Positions 1 through 12,810 of a DNA stretch of 64,000 bases are shown here, piece by piece. Each line of letters starts with the position of its first letter. The stretch's first letter is position 1. The stretch comes from Chiloscyllium plagiosum (Eukaryota). Location of the stretch: positions 2,399,199 through 2,463,198 of the forward strand of contig NC_057759.1 in NCBI RefSeq assembly GCF_004010195.1. Reading direction: 5' to 3'. Both the position numbers and the translations under genes were made by a program. The notes beneath the pieces were generated by a model that was not told the DNA's origin, made no database searches, and saw nothing but the letters and a program-made list of their open reading frames with translations.

Positions 1-789
1 TCCTTTCCTCAGCCATCGGCGATCCTCCCAGTGTGGAGCAGCTCCAGCATGATAAAATAATGCCGTCCTTGTCTTCGCAGTTGTCAGCCATCCGTATCCC
101 TTCACCAGCCGCCCGCCACCTCGCAACATTCTCCACTTTAGACACACCCTCTGGCTTGGTGTGGGAGGGGAACATTAAAAAGTTCGCAGTTGACCAGCCC
201 GTTGACTAGCAAGATGCCTCACTGGGAGGGAGCATCTCTCCTGTCCCCCTCCATTCCCCAAAAAACACCATTCTGACTCTCGGCAATGGAGCATGTTGAC
301 ATAGTCCACACTCCCTCAGTGTTTTTTTCTTTCCGTGAGTCCCTATGCCATTTTAACTTCAGGTTCTGCCCCCTCATGTCCCGTACTAGATGGCAGTTAT
401 TGGCTCCCTCGTGCCCCATGTCACTGTTTGCAGCTGCATCAGGGTAAAAACTCTTTAAGAGGGAGGAACGAAAGGGCCGACTCCGGATCTGGCCAAACGA
501 AATAATTATAATATTAATATAAAATACACACAGATTCAGAGAGGTGGAAGTGAACGAGAAAGTATTCAGAAGCACATCAAGACCAAAGGCCACTCTCCCG
601 AAGGACCTTTGTCCCAGACACAAACTGTTGACTCCTGTTTTTCTCTCTCTCTCTCTCTCCAACCCCTCGCTCTCTCTCTCTCTTCTTCTCTCTGTGTCAG
701 CCCTCCATCCCCCCACCCTCCACTCCCGCACAGATGCTGACAGGCGTGAAGCAGAATATGGTCCTTGGGGGTGCGTCCTAGTTCTGGAT

Positions 790-2560
790 CTTATTAAGGT
801 TCGGTTGGCAGATGAATGACAGCGTGGGCAAGTGTGGGAGGTTATGCAATTGGGTGAGAAGAATAGAGGCTTAGCTTGTTTTCTAAATGGAGAAAGGTTT
901 CGGAAATCCGAAGTACAAAGGGACTTCGGAGTCCAAGTTCAGAATTCAGGAAAATGACAATGTTTTCAAGGCGAATACTGAGATAAAGGCTATTAGACAC
1001 GATGGGTTTGAGAATAATAAAGAGGAGGAGTTAGCAGTTCTGGAAAGTGTAAACATAGATAAGTGTCCTCGGCCAGATGGGATTTGTTCTAGGATTCTCT
1101 GAGAAGCAAGGGAAGTAATTGCAGAGACTTTGGGTTTAAGATTTATGTCGTCATTGTCAACAGGAATAGTGCCAAAAGACTGGTGGATTACAAATGTTAT
1201 CTCCTTATTCAAGGAGGGGAGTTGAGACAACTCTGAGCTGAAAAGTGTGAGGTGATTCACTTTTGAAAGAGTAACAGCAATGCAAAGTAATGACCTAATG
1301 GTAAGACTCTTGGTAGTGTAGAAAAGCTGAGAGATCTCAGTGTCCATTTACATAGATCCCTGAAAGTTGTGACTCATTTTGTTAGGATTGTTAAGAAGGC
1401 GTATGGTGTGTTAGCTTTTATTTGTAGAAAGATTGAGTTTATATTACAGCTTTATAAAACTCTGGTGCTACCGCACTTGGATTATTGTGTATAGTTCTGG
1501 TCGCTGCAATGTGGGAAGAATGTGGCGAATGTACCCAGCATCTCCTGTTGTTTGGCCAAGTTAGGAATCTATCTGTGTTTCAGCAGGCAGGATGCTGCTG
1601 CAAAACACACTCAGGGCAGGCACATCACGGGGTTACATGCAGAGGATGTGCCCCTTGACATCTTCTGTTGGTGTTAGATACAGAGGAGAGATCTGTACCA
1701 TCAAACAGTCCGAGGTCAGTGACAACTGTGGTTAGATAGAGAGTAAAGCTCCTCTACACTGAACCCAGCAAACACTCTCAGGATAGGTAAAACATTTCTG
1801 AGACAGAGTAAAGCTGCTTCGATGATGTGCCAATCAGAAATGTAAAGGGAAGGTATAATCTCACTGTAAAGCATCTCCTTCTGACACCACTATTCCGACA
1901 CGCAGACACATTCGAACTGGACTGTTTTAAACATTATCACAAAGGACAGATCTACTCCACAAATTCAAAAAGAGGTTCTTTGCTGTATTCTCTTCGTTCT
2001 GTTCTGATTCTCGACCAAATTCTTGATCAGCAACTATACAGGAGTACACGAAGGTTTACCAGACTGAATCCTGGGATGGCAGTACTAATGTATGATGAGA
2101 GATTGAGTTGGTTGAGATTGCTTTCACTGGAGATTTGAAGAATGAAGGGAATCTCGTTAAAAAAAACCGATATAAACATAACAGGACTAGATAGGTCAGA
2201 AACAGGAAGGATGTTCACGATGGTATGAGGGAGGGGAAGTCTGGTTTTTGGGCGTGTAGAAGATTCCAGAATCAGGCATGATAGTTTTATAATTAGGGGT
2301 AAACGTTTCAGCACTGAGACGAGGAGAAATAGCCTCACTTGGAAAGTGTTGGGCCGGTTGAATTCACATATAGGAATTGAGGCCAAAATATTAGGTTTCC
2401 AAGAAGGACGTATGCATAATGTTTGCAGTTGAAGGGATCAAGGGATATTAGGGGAAAGGGCAGGATTAGGGTATTAGGTGAATAATCAGCCATGATCACA
2501 TTGAATGAAGCGGACTCGAGGGTTCAAATTGCCTTTCACTGCTTCTGTCTTCTGTGTTTC
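790..2560 (+). mobile_element. CR1/HER1 LINE fragments (several, interrupted)
   Basis: DKCPRPDGI, RFTRLNPGM...ERL motifs and a 3' UTR. Confidence 0.8.
1600..1830 (+). repeat. Degenerate tandem repeat, about 3 copies
   Basis: Recurrent ttagatacagagtaaagct...ctctacactg...caaacactc unit. Confidence 0.6.
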
Positions 2561-2792
2561 TATTTACCCATATCCCTACATTTACCCCTTACCTAACACT
2601 ATGGACAATTTAGCATGGCCAATTCACTTGACATGCACATCTTTGGACTGTGGAAGGAAACCGGAGCACCCGGAGGAAACCCACGCAGACACGGGAAGAA
2701 CGTGCAAACTCCACACAGTCAGTCGCCTGAGACGGGAATTGAACCCGGGTCTCTGGCGCTGTGAGGCAGCAGTGCTAACCACCGTGCCGCCC
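2560..2792 (-). mobile_element. HE1 (V-SINE) tRNA-derived SINE
   Basis: On the minus strand: ggcggcacggtggttagcactgctgcctcacagcgcc...gggttcaattccc (A/B boxes) plus the V-domain gtggagtttgcacgttct. Confidence 0.9.
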
Positions 2793-2799
2793 ATGAGTT

Positions 2800-3112
2800 A
2801 ATTAATTGACAGTGCATTGCACGCCCTTACCACTCTCTGAGAAAAGAACCTGCCTCTGATATCTGTCTTAAAACTATCACCCCCGAAGTTGTAAGTATGG
2901 CCCCTCGTACAACCTGATGTCATCATCTTAGGAAAAAGACTCTCATTGTCTACTCTATCTAATCCTCTGATCATCTTGTATGTCTTTATCAACTCCACTC
3001 TTAGCCTTCTTCTCTCCAATGAGAACAGACCCAAGTCTCTCAGCCTTTCCTCATAAGACCTTCCCTCCAGACCAAGCAACATCCTGGTAAATCTCCTCGG
3101 CACCTTTTCCAT
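2800..3112 (-). mobile_element. CR1 LINE fragment
   Basis: RRFTRMLLGLEGRSYEERL... Confidence 0.85.
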
Positions 3113-5500
3113 CCATCGTATGGACCATCCAGCCTCCTCAGGAACACGAGGGGGGAGGGGTTTGCTTTTAAATCAACAACTTGTGGTGCAAAGACATTGT
3201 AAACCAGGGCAGCTATTGCTCCCCAAACCTTGATTTCAACACAATCAAATGCCGCCCTTGTTATCTACCACGGAAATGTACCGTTGTTGTACTAACTGTT
3301 GTGTACATACCGCCACAAGCAAAGGTTGAGGAAGCTCTGGACATGCTGCCTTTCAACACGAACACCTTAGGAATGGAACACCCCGAGGCCCTTTTTTTTG
3401 CAACTGGCGATTTCAATCAAACCAATCTAAGGAAACTGTTGCCCAAATACGGCCAAAACGTTACCTGCCCCACCAGGGGCCCGAGCATTTTTGACCACCG
3501 CTATACCACTGTGAAAGATGCCTACCGCTTCATCCCCAGCCCTCATTTCCGTCTCCCAGCTTACAGGGAAACGCTCAAGCGGGAGTCCAGCGCAGATACA
3601 GGTCCAGTAATGGTGGGAAGAGACAGAAAGCCAACTCAGGTGCTATCTGGAATTGGCTGATTTGGCCATGTTCAACAGTCTGCAGGTGGCTTGGACGCAA
3701 TGCCACCACCGTCACAGACTTTACCAGCAAATGTGTAGAGGACTGCATACAGAGGAGGTCAATACGAGTGTTCCCCAACACGATAACCTGGATGAGTCAG
3801 GACATACAGAACCTGCTAAAAATCAGGTGTGAGGCTTTCAGAGCTGGAGACCTATTCAAAGATAAAGAATCCAAGTTTTTCCTTCGCATAGCCATTAGGA
3901 CAGCCAAGGAGCAATACAGATTCAAACTAGAGACACAGACAGACATCCGGAGACTATGACAAGGACTGAATGACATCACAGGTTATAAGAAGAGACAGTG
4001 CAAGGTAGCAGGCGATGACACATCCCTGCCAGATAGTTCCTACGCCTTCTATGCTCGCTTTGAGCAGAATTTCGGAGGAGATGTAACACCTATTCCGACA
4101 TGTCCTGACGAACATATCCCAAAAGTCACTGCATCAGGAGTCAGGTCAGTTTTCTTTCGTGTGAATCTAAGGAAAGCAATCGTACCTAATGAAGTAACAG
4201 TCCGTTCACTCAAAGTTTGTGCATATCAAATTGTGGAGATCTTCTCGGACATCTTCAAACTCTCCCTGCAGTAGGCCATTAGCCCTGCTTGTTTCAAGAG
4301 GGTCAACATCATCCCTAAGCCTAAGAAGGCTCATGCAGCATGTCTCAATGACTACTGCACAGTGGTCCAAATTTCCATGATCATGAAGTGCTTTGAAATG
4401 CTGGTAATGACAGAAATCAACTCCAGACTCCACACTACTCTCGACCTGCTCCAATGTGTCTACTAGACCAACAGATCCACATCAAATTCCATATCACTTG
4501 CCCTTCACCTCTCCCTGGAACATCTTGACACCAAGAACAGTTATGTAAATATCCTAATTATTGACTCCACCTCACCCTTCGACACTACTATCCCCTGGAG
4601 ACTGATTACTAAACTTCATGATCTCAGACTAACCCCCACTTTATGCAAGTGGAGCTTCAGTTTCCTTACACATAGGCCACAATCAGTGAAAATTGGGGAC
4701 TATATTTCATCCTCATTAACACTCAGCACTGGAGACCCTCAGGGGTACGTAGTTAGCACTCTACTGTACTCACTGTATACCCAAAACTACGTTGCCAGAT
4801 ACCAGACTAGTGTCATTTACAAGTTTGCTGATGCCACCATCATAGTCGGTTACATCTCACATGGCAATGAAATAGAATATAGACGGGAGGTGGAAGACAT
4901 TGAAAAATAGTGCACTGAAAACAACCTAGTTCTTAATGCCAGCAAAACCAAGGGACTCATTATTGACTTTCTGTTTTGTTAGGATTGTTAAGAAGGCGTA
5001 TGGTGTGTTAGCTTTAAGGAATATGTCAACCCCATCAACCCCTAGTATAGCAGCTGTACTCTTCAAGGTCAGAGACGGTTACAGAGAGTGGTGAACTCGG
5101 CCCGGACAATCACAAAGCCAACCTCCCATCTATAGAATCCCATCTATAGAATCTCTAGCACGCCCACTATCAAGGAAAGGCCACCAGCATTCTCGAAAAT
5201 CCATCCCACTCTGACAATGCTTTTCTAAAACCTTCAGAATCGGGGAGAAGGTACAAAGGCCTGATTGCATGCATCAGCCGGTTTCGAAACAGTTTATACT
5301 CTACTGTTGTTAGAATATTGAATAGACTCATATACTCTTAGCATTCACCTGTACCTGTATTACTATTTTTGCCGCTGTTTACCTATTATTTATTTATGTA
5401 TGGTATTTAACTATGTGATCTGCCTGCATTGCTCACAAGACAAAGCTTTTCACTGTGCCTCGTTACACGTGACAATAAATTTAATTCAATTAAGTTCAGT
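3113..5500 (+). mobile_element. Rex1/Babar-type LINE, decayed (APE and RT)
   Basis: IKCRPCYLPR...VVYIPPQA...GDFNQ endonuclease; TGDPQG...LLYSLYT...KFAD RT; caataaa...attcaatt tail. Confidence 0.85.
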
Positions 5501-7003
5501 TCCAATGCTTCCATATTCTTCCTGTAATGGGGCGACCACAACTGTACACAATGGACAAAGGGATAATGTAACTTTCATAACAGCAGCCAGTCCAGGCGGT
5601 AGGCAGCCAGGGATAGAACTATTGTCCACAAATGAAATAAATGCCAACCAATGATTGCGTTGGGTTCCAGTTCAAAAGGTTCCAATCCCGTAATATAAAT
5701 CCCAGATTAATTCCTTAAATCCTGTACAACTTCAAAATTAACTTCCCAACTCCAAGAAGGCAAGTGAGCTAAACACGTCAGAACCACCCTATCAATATGT
5801 GATGCCGACTTCAGACGTTTACATACCTTCAGTCTATCTGTTCTACAATACTTCTGAAAGCCCAAAAGCTGAATTGTATATGTCTTATTTTGTTGGTTTT
5901 ATCAGAATGCAACATCTCACATCTTCCAAATTTGACTCAAGCTGCCACTCTTCTGTCTATTGAGAGAATTGATCCAAAGTCTATTTCTAATCATAGATGA
6001 CCCTCTTAACTTTCCACAATACCAATAGGTTTGGTGTCATCTGCAGCGTTACTTACTATGTTTTCTATATTTCATCAAAATAACTCATAAAGCATAAACT
6101 GAGTGGACCCAGCGCCCATCACGGCGGAACAGCACTGGTCAATGGCCTTCAGTCCAAAAACAAAAGTCTATATTGTTCAGAAAAAAAAAAATCTGCATTT
6201 TGGGAATAACATTCACAATAAATCAGGATTTGGGCAATTGCATACCGTGCCCTTTTAAACTACTAGCTCACATACCTTCCTTCCAGTAGGAAGATTGTGT
6301 TTCTTTCAGTAATTATGCGCTTCCAGTGAGAGTTTGTTTACATTGTAACCCACTGCTTCAATCAACTACAAGGTTAGATCGAATATACTGTGGAGAAGTG
6401 AGTGAACTACATCATGGATGGTAGATATTAGTGTCTCTGAAAAAAAAAAGCAGGATTTTCTTCGTAATGTTCTGCAGCAAACGATCTCATTTATCAGCAA
6501 TCACAGGAGCAATTGATTTTGTAAACTCGTAACATGGGAAAATAAAATGGTGAATTCGAGTGTTCACAATGCACGTTGCGTTGTTGTCAGTAATTTATCT
6601 GGTGCCAAATGCACACTGTTGTACATGTGTAGTTTTCAAAATTAAGAGATTTGTTTTCAAAATTAATTGAGGGAATTGGTCTTCCGACGACATGTGTTGC
6701 AGTTCCGTGACCACACACCAGAAGGAGTCAGACAATTAATTGACACAGGGAAAATAAAATTTTGACCTTAAAAATATGATATAACAATAAGCTCCCATGC
6801 GAATACGTTTTTTTTTTACGGGGGGGGGGGGGTGTGGAGTGTCCTGATCAGGGGGGCTTTCTTATCAAGAAGTCCTTTTTGATGATCAACAAAGAACGAG
6901 AAATCCCGATCAGGCAAATGGAAGACGGATCATCAGAAGTGATGGAAGATCAAAGAACGAGTCCCGTAATGAGACGATCATGAGAACACAGGATTTCGAA
7001 ACA

Positions 7004-7263
7004 GAATCAAAAGTAGATTTCGAAAATTTAAATATGACAAGTTGGCTCAAGCGTAATGGGTCGAAGACAGGCAAATGGACTGGAAAAACATATCAGGCAC
7101 ACTTGAATGGAGGATCGGGATTCATGGGCAGAATTCTGCCCATCAAGCCCGATCCTCCATTGAATTGTGGCTGATACGTTTTTCCAGTCCATTTGCCTGT
7201 CTTCGACCCATTACGCTTGAGCCGACTTGCCATATGTAAAGTTTCGAAATCTACTTTTCATTC
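7004..7263. repeat. 260-bp spacerless palindrome
   Basis: 130-bp arms centred on GAA|TTC (7133/7134); 11 mismatches counted by hand, no indels. Confidence 0.95.
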
Positions 7264-7804
7264 AGACAGTTGCTAAGAAATTCACAAACACTGAAGCATT
7301 TACTTCAACTGTATTGCATACAGTAAAGAAAAATGATCCTCAAGTCAGCAAGTTAAGTCTTAAAATGCAGTCTGGTCCTTATCAAATCACTGGTGGAGTT
7401 TACCTATCATTTCAACCAATGATTTCTGCATTTAGTTCTGCTGACAGTTTGATTCTTAAGCAGTGTTTTTCTCTGAAGTTCTGCGCCTGAAGTATCCTGG
7501 AATTGAATTCTCATACAAGTTTCTAATCTTCAAGATTAAAGCATAAAATTATTGATGATCCTTTAGTTCACTTCATTGACTAATCATCTGGAGGTATCAC
7601 GTCGACAGCTTGCTTTCATATCAGAAGTAGATCCCTTGTTACCTGTTACATTTAGTATTAAATATCTATTGAAGCGCAGATTTTGTTGCAATGAAACCTC
7701 AGGGCTTTCCTTCTGCAGGCAATCTTATTTAACTGTTTGATATGAGGCAGCATGCTAAAAAACATTGTTACTTACTCTCTCACAGGAAGGAGCGTTTTTT
7801 TGTT

Positions 7805-10800
7805 GTTTCCCATAAGTAGCCAATTACTACTCTCACCATATGTATTAATTCCTTTTTAAAAATGAAAACAATCTATCTTAGTTTTAAAAAATTTGAAGAA
7901 GCATCAACTACTTCAATGGGCAAGGAATCCCATAGATTTAAAACCCTCTGGGTGGACAAGTTCCTTCTGAACTCAGCCCTCATTGAGGCTTTGCACTATT
8001 ATCCCAATTTTACCTGCCAGTGGAAACCTCCTCTCTACTTCAATGTAATTGACTCCCTTCATAATTTTATATATTTCGATAATATCCTCCCCAGTCTTCC
8101 AAATTCCAGTAATTCTAATGACATTCTACTCGTTTTCTCCTCATAAGTTAACCCACCCAACTCCAGAATCAACCGAGTAAACCTCCTCTGTATTCCGTCT
8201 GGTACCAGTACATAATTTTTCAACTAAGGAGATCAAAACTTCACGCAGTGCTCCAGGTATGGTGTCAACAACACCCTGCACAGCTGCAACATAACCGCTC
8301 TTTTTTAAAAAATCAAAACTTTAGCAATGAAGGATAAATTTCCATTTACCTTCCTGGTTCCTTGTTGTCCCTGCAGAACAACCCTCCGTGACTCATGCAC
8401 AAGGACACTCACGTCCCCCTGTATTGCAGCATGTTGCAACATTTTACCTTCTATGTAATAATCTACTTTACGGTTACTCTGAACAAAATGGATTAATTCA
8501 CGTTTATTAACATGTATCATATCAGCCAGTCCTTTGCCCCCTCACATAAAGCATCTATGTTCCTCTGCAATGTTTCACAGTCCTCTGCACACTTTGGAGT
8601 ACTACTGACCTTAGTATTATCTGCAAACTCTCACGCAAGACTCGTTGTCCCCAACTCCAAATCGTCTGTATACATTGTAGGTAATTGCGGGATCAGCACT
8701 GATCCCTGAGGCACACCACTAGTTACTGATTTATCCCCATTCCTTGTTTTCTGTTCGTCAACCAATCTTCTATCCACGTTATTACTTTACCCTTAACGCC
8801 ATGCACCTTTATCCTATGCAACAGCTTATCTTATCTTTTGTCTATCACCTTATCGACGCCTTATCGTACATCACATCCACTGGGTTCCCATTGTCCAAAT
8901 TGTTTTTAATATCTTCACAGAATTACAAAAGATTTGTTTGCATGACCTGCCTTTCATCAATCCACGCTGTGTCTGCCAACTTGACAATTTCTATCTAGAT
9001 GCCTTCTTCCTTCATAATAGACTGAAAAATCTCCCACACTACAGAGGTTAAGCTAATCAGTCTATAATTTTCCAACTTTTGTCTAACTCCACTTTTAAAC
9101 AGTAGCATCACATTTGCTGTCTTCCAATCTGCTGGAACTGTCCCAGACTCCAGCGAATTTTGGAAAATTACCACAAGTGCACTTACTATTTATCCCGCCA
9201 TCTCCTTTAGTATTCTGGGATGCATTCCATCAGGGCCAGTGGGCCTGTCTATTCTCAGCTCCGTTAGCTTGCCCAACACTACCTCTTCCATTGTACTGAT
9301 TGTTTCAATGTCCTTAACTAACTTCGTCTCTTTGTTCATTACTGGCATGTTAGTAGTGTCCTCCACTGTGAAGACTGATACAAAATGCCTATAAAGTCCT
9401 GCGGCCAATTCATCATATCGCATAACTAAATGCCCCTTCTCATCCTATAAAACACCAATGTTTGCATTAGCCACTGCTTTTCGTATTATATATTTATAGC
9501 AACTTTTGCTATCTGTCTTTAGACCCTTTGCTTGTATTTTTTAAATGTTCTATCTTACTTTTCATTATAGGTCATTTTGTGGTTTTCTGTTGACATTTAA
9601 TAACATACCAATCTTCTAGTTCTGCTATTCTTGGCCACTTCCTACGCCTTCTCTTACAATATGATAGCCTTTCTTATTTCGTTAGGCACCAATTGCAAAT
9701 TATATCTTTTCTTTCAGTCCTTCCTTTCCAGTGGAATATACTTTTCCTGGGCACTTTGAAAAATTACTTAGAAAGTCCTCCAGTGCTAAAAAAAACTTTG
9801 TTTCCAGTGTACTTTCGTCAATGCTCCCACATTCTATTGTTTAATACAGGAGCCTGGCGTTGGATTTTATCTTCACACGCTCCATTATATTCTAAATTCA
9901 ACCATATTGTGATCGCTCCTTCCAAACAGATCCTTAACTATGAGATCATTCATTATTCCTGGCTTATTATACAGGACCAGATCTAAGATAGCTTTCTCCC
10001 TCGTCAGCTCCATTACATACTCTTCAATGTTTATCGCGGATACAACCAACAAACTCAACCTCAAGGCTACCCTGGACTAGCTGGTTCGAACAAACATGCA
10101 AATTAAAATCTCCAATGATAATTGACATGTCATTTTTTTAGAGGCATGGGTTATTTCTTTGTTTATTTCCTGCCCCACTGTGATGTTATTATTTGGTGGC
10201 CTATAGACTACGCCTATCAGTGACCTTTCCGTCTTAGAATTTCTAATTTCTTCCCAAATGGAGTCAGCCTTATTCTCCATAGAACCAATATAATCTCTGA
10301 GAACCACCGTGATGTAGTCATCGAATATCATAGCTACACCACCTTCCTTACCTTCCTGCCTGTCCTTCTGAATACCACTGGATATTAAAATCCCAATCGT
10401 GTCCATCCTCTAACCATTAGTACTCAATGGCTACTAAATCATTGTCGTTCACAATGATTTGTGCCATTAACTCATAGACCTCATTATGAATGCGACAAGC
10501 ATTCAAGTAAAGTGTCTTTATGTTAGTTTTCATACTCTCATGACTTACAGCATCGCTCACAATTTTCTGAATTATCTTTTTTTAATTCTTCCATAGTCTG
10601 CTTTGTACTTAAACCCTCCTGCCTACATGCTAACCTGCTGCTTACCTACGGTGTTTACCATCATAGTTCCTGTCGGTTTCCCTTTCCTCCGCTCCTCCTC
10701 CCCCCCACCGACTCACTAGTACGACGTCCTAGTGACCACATTGATTCTTTTCTCTATAACAATTGTTCCACGTCGGTTCAGGTGGAGACCATCCCATCAG

Positions 10801-11460
10801 TATCATTCCACTGGTTCCAAAACTAATGCCAATGCCCTATGAAACAAATCCCATCTTTCTGACACCACTCCCTTGGACACATATTTACTTCCCCAAATTT
10901 CTTATCCCTAAGCCATTTTGCCCGTGGCTCTGGTAGTAATCTGGAGATTATGACCCGTAAGGACCAGTTCTTACTTTCGTTCCTTCTGATTTGTAATCCC
11001 TAAATAGATCCTTCTTACTGGCCTTGCCTACGTTGTTTTTCCCAGTTTGGGTAACAACAACGTGATGACCACCCTCCTGCTCTAATATCTTTTCAAGCCA
11101 GTCAGAGATGTCCTGCACACTGGCACTAGCAGGCAGCTCACCATGTGCGTCCCTGATGCAGAAAGTAAAGGATACTATCTATCCCCCAATTATGGAATCA
11201 ACCATAATAGCACTTATCTTTTTGCTCATGCCTCCCGGATGGACTTCCACACCATGGGGTTGTGGTCAGCTGGCTCATCCTGTCCGACGCCCCTTTTCTC
11301 ATCCACACAGGGAGCGAGCATATCATACCTGTTGGACAAGGTCTAGAATTGAGGCTCCTCCATACCTAACCTCAGGATCACCCTAGATGTATCACCTGCA
11401 ATCACACCCTGTTGTCGCTGATCACTAACTGAACTTCAATTACTTATTATGCCAGGTGTG
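7805..11460 (-). mobile_element. Long decayed CR1 LINE (ORF1 esterase region, APE, RT)
   Basis: GGVAM...GVVYRPP endonuclease; GPDGMHPRILKE; RT C-terminus. Confidence 0.85.
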
Positions 11461-11469
11461 CCAATATAC

Positions 11470-12810
11470 CGTTAAGGAGGGAACTGTAGGGTTTTGACCC
11501 AGCGACTGTGAATGAACAGTGACATATTTCCAAGTCAGAATGGTCTTTGTATTGCTGGGGAACCTGAAAGAGGTGATGTTCACATTATCTGCTGCCCGTG
11601 CCCTCCTGAATGAAAATGTTTGTGGTTTTGGAACATCTGAGAATATTCAGAGAATTTCTGAATTGCTTATTGTCGATCGTATATCTGCTCCTGCAGAGCG
11701 TTGTTTGGTGATCGGTTAGAGGTACATGGATGTCGTTCCAATAAAGCGGGCATCCTTCCTTCAGGACAGTTTTAAGCTTCTTTAGTGTTGGAGCTGCACC
11801 ATGAAGCAGAGTAGTAATCGTCCATCTGACTCCTGTATTGTGCCTAGTAGGTGATGGGCAGGTGGGAATCAGGAGGTAAGTTAGTCTTGCAGTATTCCTG
11901 TCTTCTGACTTGCTCTTATTCACTGTGTTTATTTGGCTACTCCTTTTCAGTTTTTATCCAATGGAAGTCACCAATTTGTTGATAATTGGGTTTTCAGTTT
12001 TCTTAACACCATTGAATGTAAAGCAGCTATGGTTAGATTTTCTCTTGTTGGTGATAGGCATTTGTACAGCGCGAATGTTACTTATCACTTGTCAGCCGAA
12101 GCCTGGACGTTGCTCAAATCGTGTTGCATTTGCACATGCATATCTTCAGTATCTAACGAGTCGTGAACGGTTCTGAACATTCTGTAATCATTGTAAAACA
12201 TCCACACTTACGATCTTATGATTGAGGGAAGGGCAATGACGAAGCAGTTGAAGATTTATTTCCCTTTAGTCAATCATGAGATGAGGGCATCGCTTTTACA
12301 TCCCTTATTGCCCATATGGCAATTAATTTTCAACCACATTGCTATGAGTCTGGAGTCACATGTCGACCAGACCGGGTTGGTAGTTTACTTCCATCAAGGA
12401 TATTAATTAATTAAATGTTTTATTTTCCTCAATAAAAAGACAGTCGATTCATGGTCATTAGATTCTTAGTTCCAGATTTTTATTGGATGCAATTTTCACC
12501 ATCTGTTGTGGTGGGTTCCAACCCAGGTCCTCAAGATATTGTTTGGGTTTTGCAGTAAACATTCTATCGATCATACCACTGGGACATCATTCTGCATTGT
12601 TGGGCTTGGACACTACTGTGAGGACATCCTGCAGAGATATCGTGTGCCTGAGATGACCTACCTGCAGCAACCATAATCAACTTCCTATGTGCTAAGTATG
12701 ACTCAAACTATCGAGAGTTTTCTCCACGATACCCATTTATTCCAGTTTTGCTAAGACGTTTTGATGCCATACTCGATCGAATGCAGATGGCTGTCACTCA
12801 CCTCACCCCA
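11470..12810 (-). mobile_element. Non-LTR retrotransposon fragments (RTE-X-like)
   Basis: Reverse-complement similarity to 25690-26830; the clade is recalled from memory. Confidence 0.55.

Noticed and set aside
2700..2792. tRNA-like A/B boxes (also at 63672)
   Set aside because: HE1 SINE heads, not tRNA genes.
7414..7755. Minus-strand NRYLILNV and EKHCLRI segments reminiscent of the DNA2 N-terminus
   Set aside because: Very short match, stops present, no further DNA2 motifs.
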